From Sphyrna mokarran (Eukaryota), in NCBI GenBank assembly GCA_024679065.1, contig JAGIQG010000021.1, positions 29,202,001 to 29,266,000 of the forward strand: a stretch of DNA of 64,000 nt, written 5' to 3'. The position numbers and the translations under genes are program-made. Of the stretch, positions 37,560-50,400 are shown piece by piece. Below the pieces are notes generated by a model. The model had not been told where the DNA came from. It was given only the letters and a program-made list of their open reading frames with translations, and did no database searches. Each line of letters opens with the position of its first letter. Positions within the stretch are counted from its first letter, which is position 1.

Positions 37560-39285
37560 AGAATCATACAGCATAGAAGAAGCCCTTCGGCCTATCGGAT
37601 CCACACTGACGCCCACCTAATCCAATCTGCCAGCACACAGCCTATAGTCCTGAATATTATGATGTGCAAAGTGCTCATCCAGATACTTTTGAAAAGACAT
37701 GAGGCAACCTGCCTACACTAGCCTCCCCAGCAGCGCATTCCAGATCGTCACCACCCTCTGGGTAAAAAAAGTTTTTCTTCACATCTCCCCTAAATTTCCT
37801 GCCCTTCACCTTGCACCTATGTCCCTTTGTGACTGACCCTTCAACTAAGGGGAATAGCTTATCCACTCTGTTCACGTCTCTTAATCTTGTACACCTCAAT
37901 CAAGTTTCCCCTCAGTCTTCTCTGCTCGAACAAAAACAATCCAAGCCTATCCAACCTTTCTTCATAACTTAAATGTTCCATCCCAGGCAGCATTCTGGTG
38001 AATCTCTTCTGCACCCCCACCAGTGCAATCACATCCTTTTGGTAATATTTCAACCAGAACTGCACACTTACTGTAGCTGTGGTCTCAAAGTTCAATGCAA
38101 CTCCAACATGTCTTCCCTGCTTTTGTAATCTATGCCTTAACTGATAAAGGCAAGTGTCCCATATGCCCTTTTCACCACCCCAACGACATATTCTTCTACT
38201 TTCAGAGATTTGTGGACAAACATGCCGAGGTCTTTGTTCCACAGAAATTCCTAGTGCCTTACCTTTCATTGAATTTTTTTTTGTCAAATTAATCCTTCCA
38301 AAGAGTATCACTTCACACTTTTCAGGGTTAAATTCCGTTGCCACTTACCTGCCCATTTGACCATTCTTGTAGCCCAAGACACTCCGTTAAGCACCCATCC
38401 ATTCTTTGTGTCACCCGCAAACTTACTAATCTTACTCCCCAAATAGTCAATATCATTTATAAAAATGATGAATAATAATGGGGCCAACACAGATCCCCGG
38501 GGTATGCCGCTGGACAGTGGCTTCCAGTTACAAAAACAGCCTTCTGTCATCATCCTCTGTCTCCTACAATTGAGTCAATTTTGAATTCACTTTTATCAAA
38601 ATACTCTGAATTTACCTTCTGTCCAAGTCTCCCACACGGGACCTTCTGTCCAAGTCTCCCACACGGGACCTTCTGTCCAAGTCTCCCACACGGGACCTTC
38701 TGTCCAAGTCTCCCACACGGGACCTTCTGTCCAAGTCTCCCACACGGGACCTTCTGTCCAAGTCTCCCACACGGGACCTTGTCAAATGCTTTGCTGAAAT
38801 CCATATAAAGCAGATTGCGAGCACTACCCTCGTCTACACATCAGATCATCTCCTCAAAAAATTCAATCAAATTTGTTAGACGTGATCTCTCTCTTTGGAA
38901 GCTATGCAGACTGTACCTGATCAAGCTTTGTCGCTTTAAGAAGAAACAGACGATGTCCTTTAGAAGTTTCTCTAATAGTTTTTCTACAACTGATGTGAGA
39001 CTCACTGGTCTGTTGTTCCCTGATTTATCTCTACATCCTGTCTTAAATATCAGAATCACTATTGTCCAATCGTCTGGCACCTGCCTTGGCCAGAAAGAAG
39101 TTGAAAATTTGGATCAGAGCCCCGGCTATATCCTCCCTTGCCTCCCACAACAGGCTAGGGCACAATTCATCTGGACGTGGTGATTTATCCACTTTTCAAG
39201 AGTGCCAATAACTTCAATACCTTGTTCTTCTTTACCAATTTGCTCAAGAACTTCATATTCTTTCTGCCTGAATTCCATACCATCT
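37560..39285 (-). mobile_element. CR1 LINE ORF2 fragment
   Basis: NRPVSLTSVVEKLLE; DFSKAFDKVP; GIPRGSVLAPLLF; ISKFAGDTK; FNPEKCEV; QKRFTRMLPGM. Confidence 0.95.
38614..38780 (+). repeat. Perfect 27-bp minisatellite, 6 copies plus 5 nt
   Basis: (accttctgtccaagtctcccacacggg)x6 acctt, no mismatches. Confidence 0.97.
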
Positions 39286-40566
39286 TGAGACACTGAGGGA
39301 CAATTTAGCATCGTCAATCCACCTAACCAGAACTTATTTGGACTGTGGGAGGAAACCTATACATACAGTCAGTCATGCAAGGCCAAAATTGAATCTGGGT
39401 CCTTGGCATGGTGAGGTAGCAGTGTTAACCACTGTGCCATTATGCTGCCCTTTAACCAAAGCATAGTGCTGCTAATCCAATAAACAAAACAATTTTACCA
39501 GCATTGACCAGAATTATTCAAATATATAACTCTACACGAATTAAAAGAATCCTAACCATTACAAACGTAAGAAATACCAGCTGCAGTAGACCATTTGGCC
39601 TTTGGAGCCTGTTAGACCATTTATAAAGATTGTGGTTAATGATGTTCCTCACCTCCACTCGCCTACCCTCTGACAATCCATACCTTTCAACTTGTTTATT
39701 ATCTAAAGTTCTAACTGAGCTTGTTCTTAAAAACACTTGAAAAAAATGCTGATGTTACAGACTATAAAACGGGAATAAATGATTAAAAGAAGTGACTAAA
39801 TCTGAGTTTTTTATTTAATGTGCAAAATTTAAAGATGCAGAACAAATGCTATGATATTTACAAACCTAATTCCTGAAAAAGGTTTTGCACAAATCCATGA
39901 CTTCAGCATCATTTTGGAAATATTGGAAGGGCAACGTTAAGCTACAAGACTAAGCAACCATCTTGAAATCACAGATCCATCAAAGATCATACGACATTTT
40001 GCAAGATTGTCAGTTAAGGTGGAATATTACAATATCAATGTAGTATTCTTCTCTACAATGCTGTGTGTATCCTGGTGCGTAGCAAACAAATAATTATATT
40101 TACCTAACCTGCAGTTAGTACATATGAATTGACTGCTTCTTCAAATGAAACAAACATTGAGACCCTCCACAAAAATCATCAGTCAGATCTCCAAACAAGA
40201 TGCTATTCTCTCTTGCTTGTGTTGGAAAAATTTTAAAAATAAAAGGATGGAAAGGTAATTTTGTTAATTCAAACACAAAATCACTACGTGAAACAGGTAG
40301 ACAAATGAGAGGAAGTGGCCTGCTCATTTCCTTCTAAGTTGGTCAAGTGGTTGTATCTGGAGAGGAAAATGGGGGTTACAGGCCTTCTGAAAAAAAATTA
40401 CAAATTACAAAATTAAGTTGATCATATTGAGTTGGGAAAAAAATGCATGGCAGGTGGAATTCGTAGTTTTTGGGCAGAATGAGACCATTTTTCCTCTAAA
40501 TTCCAAAAGTTTGTTGATTTAACATTGTGGAGGCTCAAGCAATAATTCATCAATGGACAGCCTTAC

Positions 40567-40716
40567 CTGTCTAGAAGAATTCAAGTTTTGCATGCCCAGC
40601 CCCGAGGCAATGGCACCAAGGGCCTGATTAGGGTGTGCACTGTTTGAAAGGGCAAGCTTCAGGCTTGGTGAAGGCAAAAATGGTGAAGTAGGGGACTCTT
40701 CCACTGGGCCGCCATC
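40567..40716 (-). CDS. tnrc6c: TNRC6C coding exon (possible 24-nt upstream extension to 40740)
   Basis: cag|[21 protein letters not shown]...[12 protein letters not shown]|gtaag; 150 nt. Confidence 0.93.
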
Positions 40717-42399
40717 CTGATTGGAGAAAGATAGGGTGAGCTATGCAATGCCAACCATGGCATGGCACCAATTATCAGCGAAATACGAAAGGGGTCACAG
40801 TAATAACATGACAGGGATTTCATAGTTTGAAATAATTTTAGTTAAAGGGATGTTGGAAACGTGTTTCAAAGACAAAAGTGATGGAGGAGTGATTGGGGAA
40901 AGAGAAAGAGAGAAAGAAACAAAAAAGAGAAAAAGAGAGTTAAGTTGCATGGCTAAAAATCTTTTTCATGCCAAAGATAAATGTGCAAAGATTAAAAATA
41001 GCAATTATTGCAATATTAAACAAACACCTTACAGACAAGATAGAATAACAATGACAGTGCATTCATGATCTCTTTCATAAGATGGACATTATGTTCAAAC
41101 CAAAAGGTCCGGATGTCAATTTTAAGGGACACCACGTAATTCATTTAACCCGCATTTCAATAAGTTTGGTTATATATATTAATTTCCTATTTAAATAAAA
41201 CACCAAATATTATATTCTTTTGACAAACTGTTTTGGTAAGGGCTTCAAAATTCATCAGCCAAATGTTAAACGTAGGCACAAACACTTAGTGGAAAAAAAA
41301 CAATTCATGAAATTCTCCTACAACATTCAAACTATCCTATGAGAAATCAAAATATGCTTGTCTTTAGATCTTGAATGTTCTTCTTTGATTAACTTGGCAT
41401 AAAGCTTGCTTGAATGTCATTGACATGGTTCACTAAATAAATATTTCAGTTTTTGATCCATGCTAAGAAAATCATCAACAGTTAATGAACATACTGATGA
41501 TTGCACGTAAAATCTGAAGAATCTCTTCCAAAGCATTGGCTGAACAACCACATTTATTAAAGATTAAGTTCTGCAACTGAACTTGCATTTATAGAGAGCT
41601 TTCAACATAGAAAACATTCCTATGGCACTTTAAAGAAAAGATGAAAAAAAAAGCAATAGGCAAGGGAACAGATACTATTGAATATAGGAAGTAAGAGCAA
41701 CAGCTGCACACCCAAATGTTGCTACATTCAAGCCAAGGTCAACACATCAAATACCAAAATCAGATGAACTAAAGCTCTTGCAATGAAGCAAAACTTAATT
41801 AAAGTCAATAATTGAGACAATAGAACATGCATACTGGGGTACCAAGTAACACCCTAATGTATAGTGAAAACTGAGGTTTTATTGGTAAACGAATGCATGA
41901 TTTTAGAAACAAACACCAAAACTCAAAGCACTAAAAATATCAGACAGCTTCTTTTGGTATCCTTCAGGGTTTTGACTTTTGCATGTTCAGATTCTTGAAT
42001 AAAATCACTTTGAGAAAGATGCATAATGTGATTAATGCAAAGAGGATCCATCTTACTTTAATCTGGTCACCATAAAATCGTTAGCCTCCCCATTTTACGG
42101 CTGACTACAATCATCAGTATACATGAGTCAAACTGCAGTTTGATAAAACCAGAGCTTTCTCTTTAGCCAAGAAATCATGAGCAATAAATAATCTTTCATT
42201 GCATCACAAGATAGAAATTTACTGGAGTCACATGCAACTAAATATTTTAACCATTGCAAGTGGAGTTATAGGTTAGTAATACAGATTAGCAATATGCTTT
42301 GACTTTTTGAAGTGATATTCTGAGAATTAGCATAAGGGGATATTGATCAATTCACAGACCAATGAAATGAGACTTCCAAATTTTTAATACAAGAAAAAT

Positions 42400-42755
42400 T
42401 GGGTGATTCTCCCATTGCTTGATTGCACCCCCTCCTACCCCCTCTTTCACTGCAGCGGAGTGAGCTATACTAAACCCCACTACGCTGGACAGGATCTCTC
42501 CGGATGTGGTGGGGGGACACTAGCAGGCCTGCAGACTTTGGTCCTGGGCCTGCTGGTGCTATTGAAATTGCATTTAAATGTTCATTTGCATATATTATGA
42601 TTTTTATTGTGGAGCTGATGGCATTGATAATCGGTGTCCATAGCATCGCTGAAGCTGTGGCGCCCTGCGGTGAGCCCATGAAACAGCCTCCACTCGAGTT
42701 TCCCGCCTCACATGCTACAAAAACAGCGCAGTGGAATGGAGAATTGCCTGCACTG
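42400..42755. mobile_element. GC-rich MITE (Harbinger-like termini)
   Basis: gggtgattctcc ... ggagaattgcct inverted ends; CpG-rich island in an AT-rich intron. Confidence 0.55.
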
Positions 42756-43201
42756 ACTCTGCATTAGCAGAAAATGGCAAGCTTGAACTCATTTTTGAGT
42801 CCATGCGCTTTTATTTTCACAAAGTTTAAATTCCATACCAAATTTCAAGTCAGTACAGGACAACTTAACTACAAGAGGGGGAGAAAAGAATCTTTCGATT
42901 CACTTGACTTTGAGTGAATAAGTTTCTTTAAAAAAACTCCAAATTAAAACTGTACTTTTGGAGCTAAATTTGATTTTTCCTACACGTTACAAGTGAGGTC
43001 CAAATATTACTTGAATTACCACGAGGTGCAAGCATTTCCCAGCTAATTCTTTTCTATTCAGTGTACAACAGTGCATAATATTCTATCAAAACTTGACCAT
43101 TACATTTTAAAAATATAAATCAGTTTCGTTCATTGTCTAGGGAACTTGTCATCAGGCAACACATCTTTTTGTTCTTTTTCTGTTACTTATTCAAAACAAA
43201 C

Positions 43202-43347
43202 CTTGTCAAAAAAGGGGGGCCGATCCATGGAAGACTCTTTGGAGATAGAAGGTGGTCGGCAACCAAGTGGTTTAGAAACTATTCCATTGTAATCTGACAT
43301 TCCCATTCCACGTTTGTCCATCTCCACTTTTTTTTCCAACAGAGCAC
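43202..43347 (-). CDS. tnrc6c: TNRC6C coding exon
   Basis: cag|GT ALLEKKVEMDKRGMGMSDYNG...SKESSMDRPPFFDK|gtttg; 146 nt. Confidence 0.93.
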
Positions 43348-44255
43348 CTGGAAAAGGGGAAAATCCATCTTAACATAAAACAAAAAGGAAAAGGAAAAAA
43401 AACAGAAGGCAAACATTAACTTTAACTAAAGACATTGCTTGGTGACTGTAGGTAAAATAACAAAAATACACACAAAAAGAAACTAAAACAGGTAGTCATG
43501 GAGTATGAAACACTGAAAAGGGAAAATATGCGATTGTATTAATAATTCACCATACAGTGACATCTCAATTTATGTCAGGTCACCTGGTAAGTTTTAAGCA
43601 GAATTAAGTGAAGAAATCTCAGGAGGTAGAGAGCAGAGGAAGGTGAAAAAAAGAACTGTGCAGGTGCCTATGCAAGGTATCAAATAACTACTACTAAGGT
43701 TTAACATTCAAAAGGAAATCATAGTTAAAGTTTGTGAAAGCTCAAAGCATAACAGTCACTAATCCTAGCACAGTATGCATTCCAAAGCACTGTCCAAATG
43801 TGAAGAGACACAAACAATACTTATTCTAAAAATCTTTGCGAATGGAATTTTTTCCCCAAGAATATAAGGATGGTAAAGTCTTATTCAAGAAAGCAAACTG
43901 TAAAACTATAGTTTAATTAAGTCTTAGTTCACAGATAAAACTCTGGGAAACTGTATTATGGATGGAAATTAACAAATCACCTAAAAAGGCATAGACCAAA
44001 AGTGTTAGTAAGTTTTCTGAAGGAAAGGTTATGCTTGATTAAATTAATTAAATGCATTGTGGAATTACAAAAATGCATAGATAACATTTGTACTTATAAA
44101 TTTTCAGAAAGCATTTGATAAACCATGCTGTAGGAGACTTCTTTGAAAAATGAAGTCATGTGCCACATAGTGCACAAAGGTCAAGTTATCAGGAAAACCT
44201 ACTGTTGCACTTTGAAAAGTACTTTGTTAAGTAACGTCCTAAAGTAAAGTACTAC

Positions 44256-44946
44256 TGTGATGAAATTTGTGGTTTCAAAGCTTGTACTTTTTTGTGAAAG
44301 GCCCGAAAAGAAATTGAAAAGGGAAGTCCAGCTTCTGATTCTCAGTTGTAACTAAACCGAGATTGGAAATCACCGCTTGTGGGAAACTGAAACTGGCTGA
44401 AATTGGATGAAAATATACAGCATCATCTGAAATCAGAAGATCTCAGTGCAGCAGTACAGACAGGCTGAAAAAGATGGAGCCTGGATCCAGGAGCTGATGA
44501 TGGGAGATATATAGTTTTTGCAGCAGTTTTTTTCTTGAAGATAACATTATTCATATACTCTATTAAGACCATTGTAAGTGCAATTTTTGTGAAGACCATA
44601 TCCGTGGAACTCTTTAGTTGCGTGCTGCCCTAGGCTGGGGATCACATCCTAAGCCTGAGTGGAGAAATTCTTAGTGAAAATGATAAGAGGTTTGAAGGGC
44701 TTTGGGGTTGAGATTGATGACAAATATGCTGAGAGGATTGTTCAGTAAATTTCTAAGAACTGTTTCGGTTGCATATCAACCACTTGTGTTCTTTATAGTT
44801 TGCCTGTTAATTCTTAAGTTTGTTGATTTTAGGTGTGATTGTTACAATAAAATTTAGGAGTGGAATCTTGTCTGTTGTTTTAGTCCTTGGGGTCATTTGG
44901 TAAATTCACTACCTTTGGTTTGTTGGTCTCCATAGGGATCATAACA
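44256..44946 (+). mobile_element. Solo LTR (691 bp) next to a CR1 remnant at about 43880-44200
   Basis: TG...CA termini TGTGATGA / TCATAACA; internal aataaa near 44846; flanks ctac/ctat resemble a TSD. Confidence 0.7.
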
Positions 44947-45399
44947 CTATATACATTTTAAAATTTACTACATGATCTTTACCAACTTCCTTAGCCAAAA
45001 GTTAAACAGGTGCCGAAACATTTTAAGTAAAATATGATGCAGCACTTTGCTAGGATTGTATGAATGTGTCAGCCTAATTTATAAGTTACATTTGAACTTA
45101 CTAGAGTAGAGAACTACCAATTGAGCTAATAGATTTTTTTACTAAATATCTCCCATTTATTCAATTACAGCTCATTCCCTGAATTACATTTAATATAAAT
45201 TTTATTCCTATTTTCTAACAGCCTCTGCAACAATTTATGATCTTAACATCTAGCAGGAAAAACAGATGTACAAGATGTACATCAAATGCAATCTTACTAA
45301 GGGCTGAGTTTTGTTTTTCCAGAAGTCTAACCATACTGCAGCTAAATGGTAATACAAAGAAGATGGGCAGCATCAACTCTACATAAAAAATTAAAAAAT

Positions 45400-45855
45400 A
45401 AATACCCTGTGATGGAAAAGAACTCTACAACTGGAAGAAAAGAAATCGAGAAGACAGTCGTGACATCAGTCTTACATATTGCAGAAATTTGGGTAGCAAG
45501 AAGGGAACCATGACTGGACATTAATGAGATATGGATGTTGAGGTGAGTCTGTTGAGTGGCAAAAAAAGGACAAGATCAGGCAGGGAGTATATGAGGGAGT
45601 CAGTGAAGAGTATGGAAGCATCAAAGAAAGCAACTGAGGAGAACTTCAAATGGTATGGTCTATTGTGGTGTGAAAGAGGACAAGCAGTAAGATGTGTGAT
45701 GGAATGAGACTGCCAATAAGGAGAACAGGAAGGCCTAAAACCAGATGGAAAGATCTGGTGACAAGTGACTCAAGTGTAAAGAATTGGAAGGGGAATGGAT
45801 ATTGACAGGAGATGGAGAAGGATAGTTAACCAGCATTCTGGTGACCCCAAATAAA
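45400..45855 (+). mobile_element. RTE-clade LINE 3' fragment
   Basis: EIWMLR...KKDKIR.EYMR.SVK...KWYG...GRPKTRWKD motifs. Confidence 0.65.
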
Positions 45856-46419
45856 ACAAACAATCTGCAAGAAGGTACATTCCATAAAATGCATCAACAC
45901 AAATGAAGATTTTATTTTGTAATTAAATGTTTCAGGATTGTTTATGGGAAGGCAGAATGTGGTTTTTGGGAGCAAGCTGTTTATTTTATTTAAAAATTTG
46001 GGAGGGTTGTGAGAGCAATGAAGTGGGTTGAGGAAATTAATCTGATTTGAAGTTTAAGCCTTCTGAGCAAGCTGAAACCTTTGCAACCCATTCTATCCCA
46101 TTGGAAACCTTTCAGCTTTGTCGATTTCGAAGTACACAGAGCTTTGAAAGAGGCTTCTATTGACAGCTTATGAATTCCTACTCAGGCTCCAGTCAGTTGT
46201 GTTTATTTACATTTCCCTTCATCGTTGAATGCACCTCAAGTACCTCCATTGTTCCTAATGGCAATTTTGGCATTGACTAAGCCTGATTGAAAGTTTTGGT
46301 TTCTTCAAAAGAAATAAGCGGCTTAACTTCCTCTTTTGCAGACCATTTATTCCCTTCAAAGAAACCAAAGCCACATCCAACAACCTGCTCTAAAAACTCT
46401 TGCTCACATTTTAACACAG

Positions 46420-46755
46420 CAGCAGAGCTTACACAGTAGTTAGCACTGCTATCTCACAGCACCAGGGATCTGGGTTCAATTCCGGCCTTTAGTGACTGTG
46501 TGGAGTTTGTATGTTCCCACCATGTCGGTATGGGCTTCCTCCAGGTATCCTCCCACACTCCAAAGATGTGCAGGTTAGGTAGACCAGCGTACAATAAATT
46601 GCCCGAGTATCCAAGATGCATTGTTAGGGAGATTAGTGGGGTGAATACATGGGGTTACTGGGATAGGGTAGGCCTGAGTAAGACACTCTGTTGGAGAGTT
46701 AGTGCAAACCTGGATGGGCCAAATGGCCTCCTTCTGCACTGTCAGGATACTATGA
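46420..46755 (+). mobile_element. HE1-like SINE
   Basis: cagtagttagcactgct..cacagcaccaggg..gggttcaattcc; tail gatgggccaaatggcctccttctgcactg. Confidence 0.85.
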
Positions 46756-47229
46756 AAAAAACTCTTAACAGAACAACCCATAGCATTCTTAAAAAAAAAG
46801 TGAATTTATTCTATCTCTCCAAAGTTATTCTATCCACTGAACCTTTAACAAAAAATTGTAGGCTCTAAACTGCATTTTTGCCTAAAACTAATTATGTATT
46901 CCTTGGGCCATACCCTACCCTATTTGTGTATCAAATTTCAGTTAAAACTGTCCATTAGATGTTGAGACACATTGTTTACAGACAGATAGACTAATATGGA
47001 CAAAAGTATTAACTCTGCCTATTTTCATTGGCAAGAGGTAAAAATGGACTGGAATAGTCCACGACTTGTGAATGCAGAGGAGGAGGAGACTGGGCACTGA
47101 AGTCATAGAGAAACAAGAAAATGACAAGGACTTTGAACAAATATATTTGCCTTCATGACATAAGATACTAAAAGCATCCCATAATAGTAAAAAAAGGAAA
47201 GGAAGGAAATTAAAATAATCACTCACTGG

Positions 47230-50200
47230 ATAAAAAAATGCATAGCAAACTAATTGTACTAAAAGCTGATAAATCCCTTAGACCTAATGACTTGTATCTT
47301 ATAGTCTTAAAAGATGCAGCTACACAGATAAAGATGTTTTGTACGTAATCTTCCAAAATTCCCAAGAAACTGGAATTGATCCAGCAGATTAGAAAAATCA
47401 CAAACGTCCCTATTTTAAGAAAGGAGGGAGAAAGAAATCAGGAAGCTATAGGCTAGTTAGCCTAACTTCTGGAATTGGGGAAAATGCTGGAGTCTATTAT
47501 TAAGGAAGGACATTCACAAAATATAACACATCAACTAAAGTCAACTTAGCTTTACGAAAGGGAAATTATGTTTGACGTATTTATTAGGATATTTGCAGTG
47601 GGTAAAGGTGAACTAGGAGGTGAAGCATATTTAGATTTCCAAAAAAAATACTCTAGCGCTACATAAAAAGGTTATTGCACAAGATAAGAGCTCATGGTAT
47701 TGGGAGGAATATATTAACTTGTGTAGAGGTCTGACTATTGGAAAACCAAAAATTAGTATATAGGAGTCATTTTCAGGTGAAGAGTGGATCACATGGGTTA
47801 GTGCTGGAACCTAAACTAATTACATTCAACATTGATTTTCACGAAGGGTACAAATGCATTGTATCCAAATTTGTTGATGGTAGAAAGATAGATGGGAAAG
47901 CAAGTTGTGAGGACAGCACAGAGTCTGCAAGGAGATATCGTTGTTTAAGTGACTGGACAAAAAAATTGGCAGATGGAATCCAATTTTGGGTAAATTTGAA
48001 GTAATCCATTTTGATAGGAAGAATCAAAAAGCAAAATGCAGCAAGTATTTAGGGAAGTAAATGGAATGTTAATTTTATTGCAAAGGAAATGGAGTATAAA
48101 AGTAGGGAAGTCTTGCTACAACTGTAGAGGAAATCACATAGGATTTAGGAGCATGAGTACGTCATTTGGAACTTTGAGTCTGCTCCGCCATTTGATAAAA
48201 TCCTGACTGATCCAAATGGTTAACTTCACTTTCCTGTCTGTCTCTTATAACCCTGAACCCTTTTATCAACCAAAAAATGATCCTTGAATAAAGTCAACGG
48301 TCCAATTTCCAATGTTTGCTGGGGAAGAACATACCACAGAAAAAAATTCTCAAGTCCATCTTTAAAGGGAGATCTCTTATTTTTAAGATGTATCCATAAT
48401 TATAGTCACCCCACAAAAGGAAACATCCTTTCAGTATCTACCCTATTAGGTTCCCTCAGAATCTTGTATGTTACAATAAGATCAGCTCTTATCCTTCTAA
48501 ATTGTAGTGAATATAGACCAAATCTGTTCAACCTTTCTGTATAAAAAAAGCCCCGATCCCAAAAATGAGTTAACCGATCCTTCTTTGAACCACTTCTCAT
48601 GCATCTGTATCTTTTTACAAACTGAGTCCAGAACTGTACACAGTACAAATGATATGGTCGCCCCAGGCCCTATTCAGACGCAATAAAGCTTCCTTACTTT
48701 TATATTGCATTCTACTTTCTTATTTCTTACTCCTTCCCAAATTGATTATACGTATTTTTTCGAGCTGAGGTCACAAATGTCATCTATAATTAACCCCAAC
48801 AGTTTTTCATAGCTTTGCCATTCTGAAATGTCTAATACCTCCAAATATTCAGCTCTTAGTCTTGGGCATCTTTCAAATGTAGGCAGGATTCTCTTAGCCA
48901 TGCATTTCTCAATGGTGCGAGACAGCATGCTATTCGCTTGCAGTGGGATTCTCCAGTCCCACCACTGTGAATAGGATTTCCGATTGAAGGCACCCTACAC
49001 TGCTGGGAAATACATAAGCTGGGATGTGCGGCTGGCGATACCAGAGAATTCCACTGCATGAACGACTGGAGAATTCTGGCCCAAGTCTCTGTAATGGCTA
49101 TCTTGTCATACATTTACATTTATTTGTGCTAATAATTTAATCATTTCATGAATGCTTTGCCCATTCAGATAGAGTTTTTAACTGCCTTTTTAAAAAACGG
49201 TTTTGCAATATCTGGCCTTATCTCAGCCCCAAGCAGACATCCTGGCAAAAGCTTTCAAGACTCTTGATCTCAGCTACGGAGGACTGTTGTCAATGCCCTT
49301 GGTTACACAGTTCTCTATTATCACAACAATCACATTTACGCCCTCACTTGAATGGCTTTTCATCCACCTTTCAGTCCCCACTCTCATCCGTGCAAGCTTC
49401 AAGAATTTCAAACATGTCAAACAATTGCAGTGTGTTGAGGCTCCTCAGATTCTACCTTTTTGATTCTCTTGCCTGCCTCACTCGTAGTCATATCCTCTTG
49501 TCCCTGGCTATTAACTAAACCAGAAAACTCTAGCTTGAGGGGTATGACTGACTTCTGGAACAAAATGCCTCGGTAACTTTCCACCTCCTTGATGCATTGC
49601 AGTGACTGAGGCTCGGATGCCAGTTCATCTAACTCTTGAATTTCCTCAAGCTGCTGACAATTACTGCAGATGTGTTTGCCCTGGATCACATAGGGACGCA
49701 CGAAATCTCATATGTCAGCTGTAATATGCCCTACAATCCTTACTTTGTTAATTAATTCAATTTATTTATAAAATAATAATCGCTACTAGTGCTAAGTTCT
49801 AATACTGCTAGTAAATTTTACTACTAATAATATCTTATAACTATTAAGAAATAACCCAAGTTCCAAAAGATTATTGAGAGAAATCCTCACCTATCAATTA
49901 CTTACCTATTCCCCAGTGACATTATATTCCAATTTTTCTCAGAATGCAGTCCACAGACTGGTCCTTTTGTACTATTTCAAAATGAAGTCTCCGGCACAGT
50001 CCAAGTCTTTTAAGAATAAAATTTCCAGTATTCTCTGCTTTCTTTTGAAATAAAGCTTTTGGTGCTTTCCACACTCTTATTAAACAAAACTTCTGTCATT
50101 TTCTACATATTAAGAAGTTGGTGAGAATACACCAAGAGTACTCCATACAGCAAAGGTGTCCTAATTTGAGAAATATACTTGCATTGGAAGCACTTCAAAA

Positions 50201-50400
50201 GAAGGTTCATTAGGTTGATTCCTGGGGTGAAAGGAAGGTTTGAGAAAAGGTTGAGCAGGTTGGACCTAAACTAGTTGGAGTTGAGATCTGGTGATCTTAC
50301 TGAAATAAAAGATTCTAGGGTAGCTTAAAAGGGGGTGATTCTTTTCGTGGGAAACTTAGCACTAGAAGACAGTTTCAGAATAAGGGATGTCCATTTAAGA
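47230..50400. mobile_element. Nested CR1 cluster: plus-strand CR1 (47230-48130 and 50110-50400) interrupted by a minus-strand CR1 (about 48135-49800)
   Basis: The plus copy stops at EVLLQL and resumes at LVRIHQEYS; the minus copy has a 3' end, endonuclease (YDKIAITETW) and ORF1-like HICSNCQQLEE. Confidence 0.75.
48881..49082. mobile_element. MITE inserted in the CR1 endonuclease region
   Basis: Ends aggcaggattctc / gagaattctggccc; interrupts AITETW...LKDAQD. Confidence 0.7.

Larger units (their letters stand above)
37423..39452 (-). mobile_element. HE1-like SINE split by a CR1 insertion
   Basis: Tail 37423-37555 ends ctaacctatacc; the SINE continues at 39289 gacactgagggacaatttagc to head aaccactgtgcc...tgccc. 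Confidence 0.75.

Noticed and set aside
38614-38780. CRISPR-like array or repeat-protein ORF (KVPCGRLGQ)n
   Set aside because: Repeats are contiguous with no spacers, the DNA is eukaryotic, and the array sits inside a dead CR1; it is a minisatellite
46420-46500. tRNA gene (A/B box-like motifs, also at other SINE heads)
   Set aside because: Continues directly into a SINE core and LINE-like tail; no complete cloverleaf
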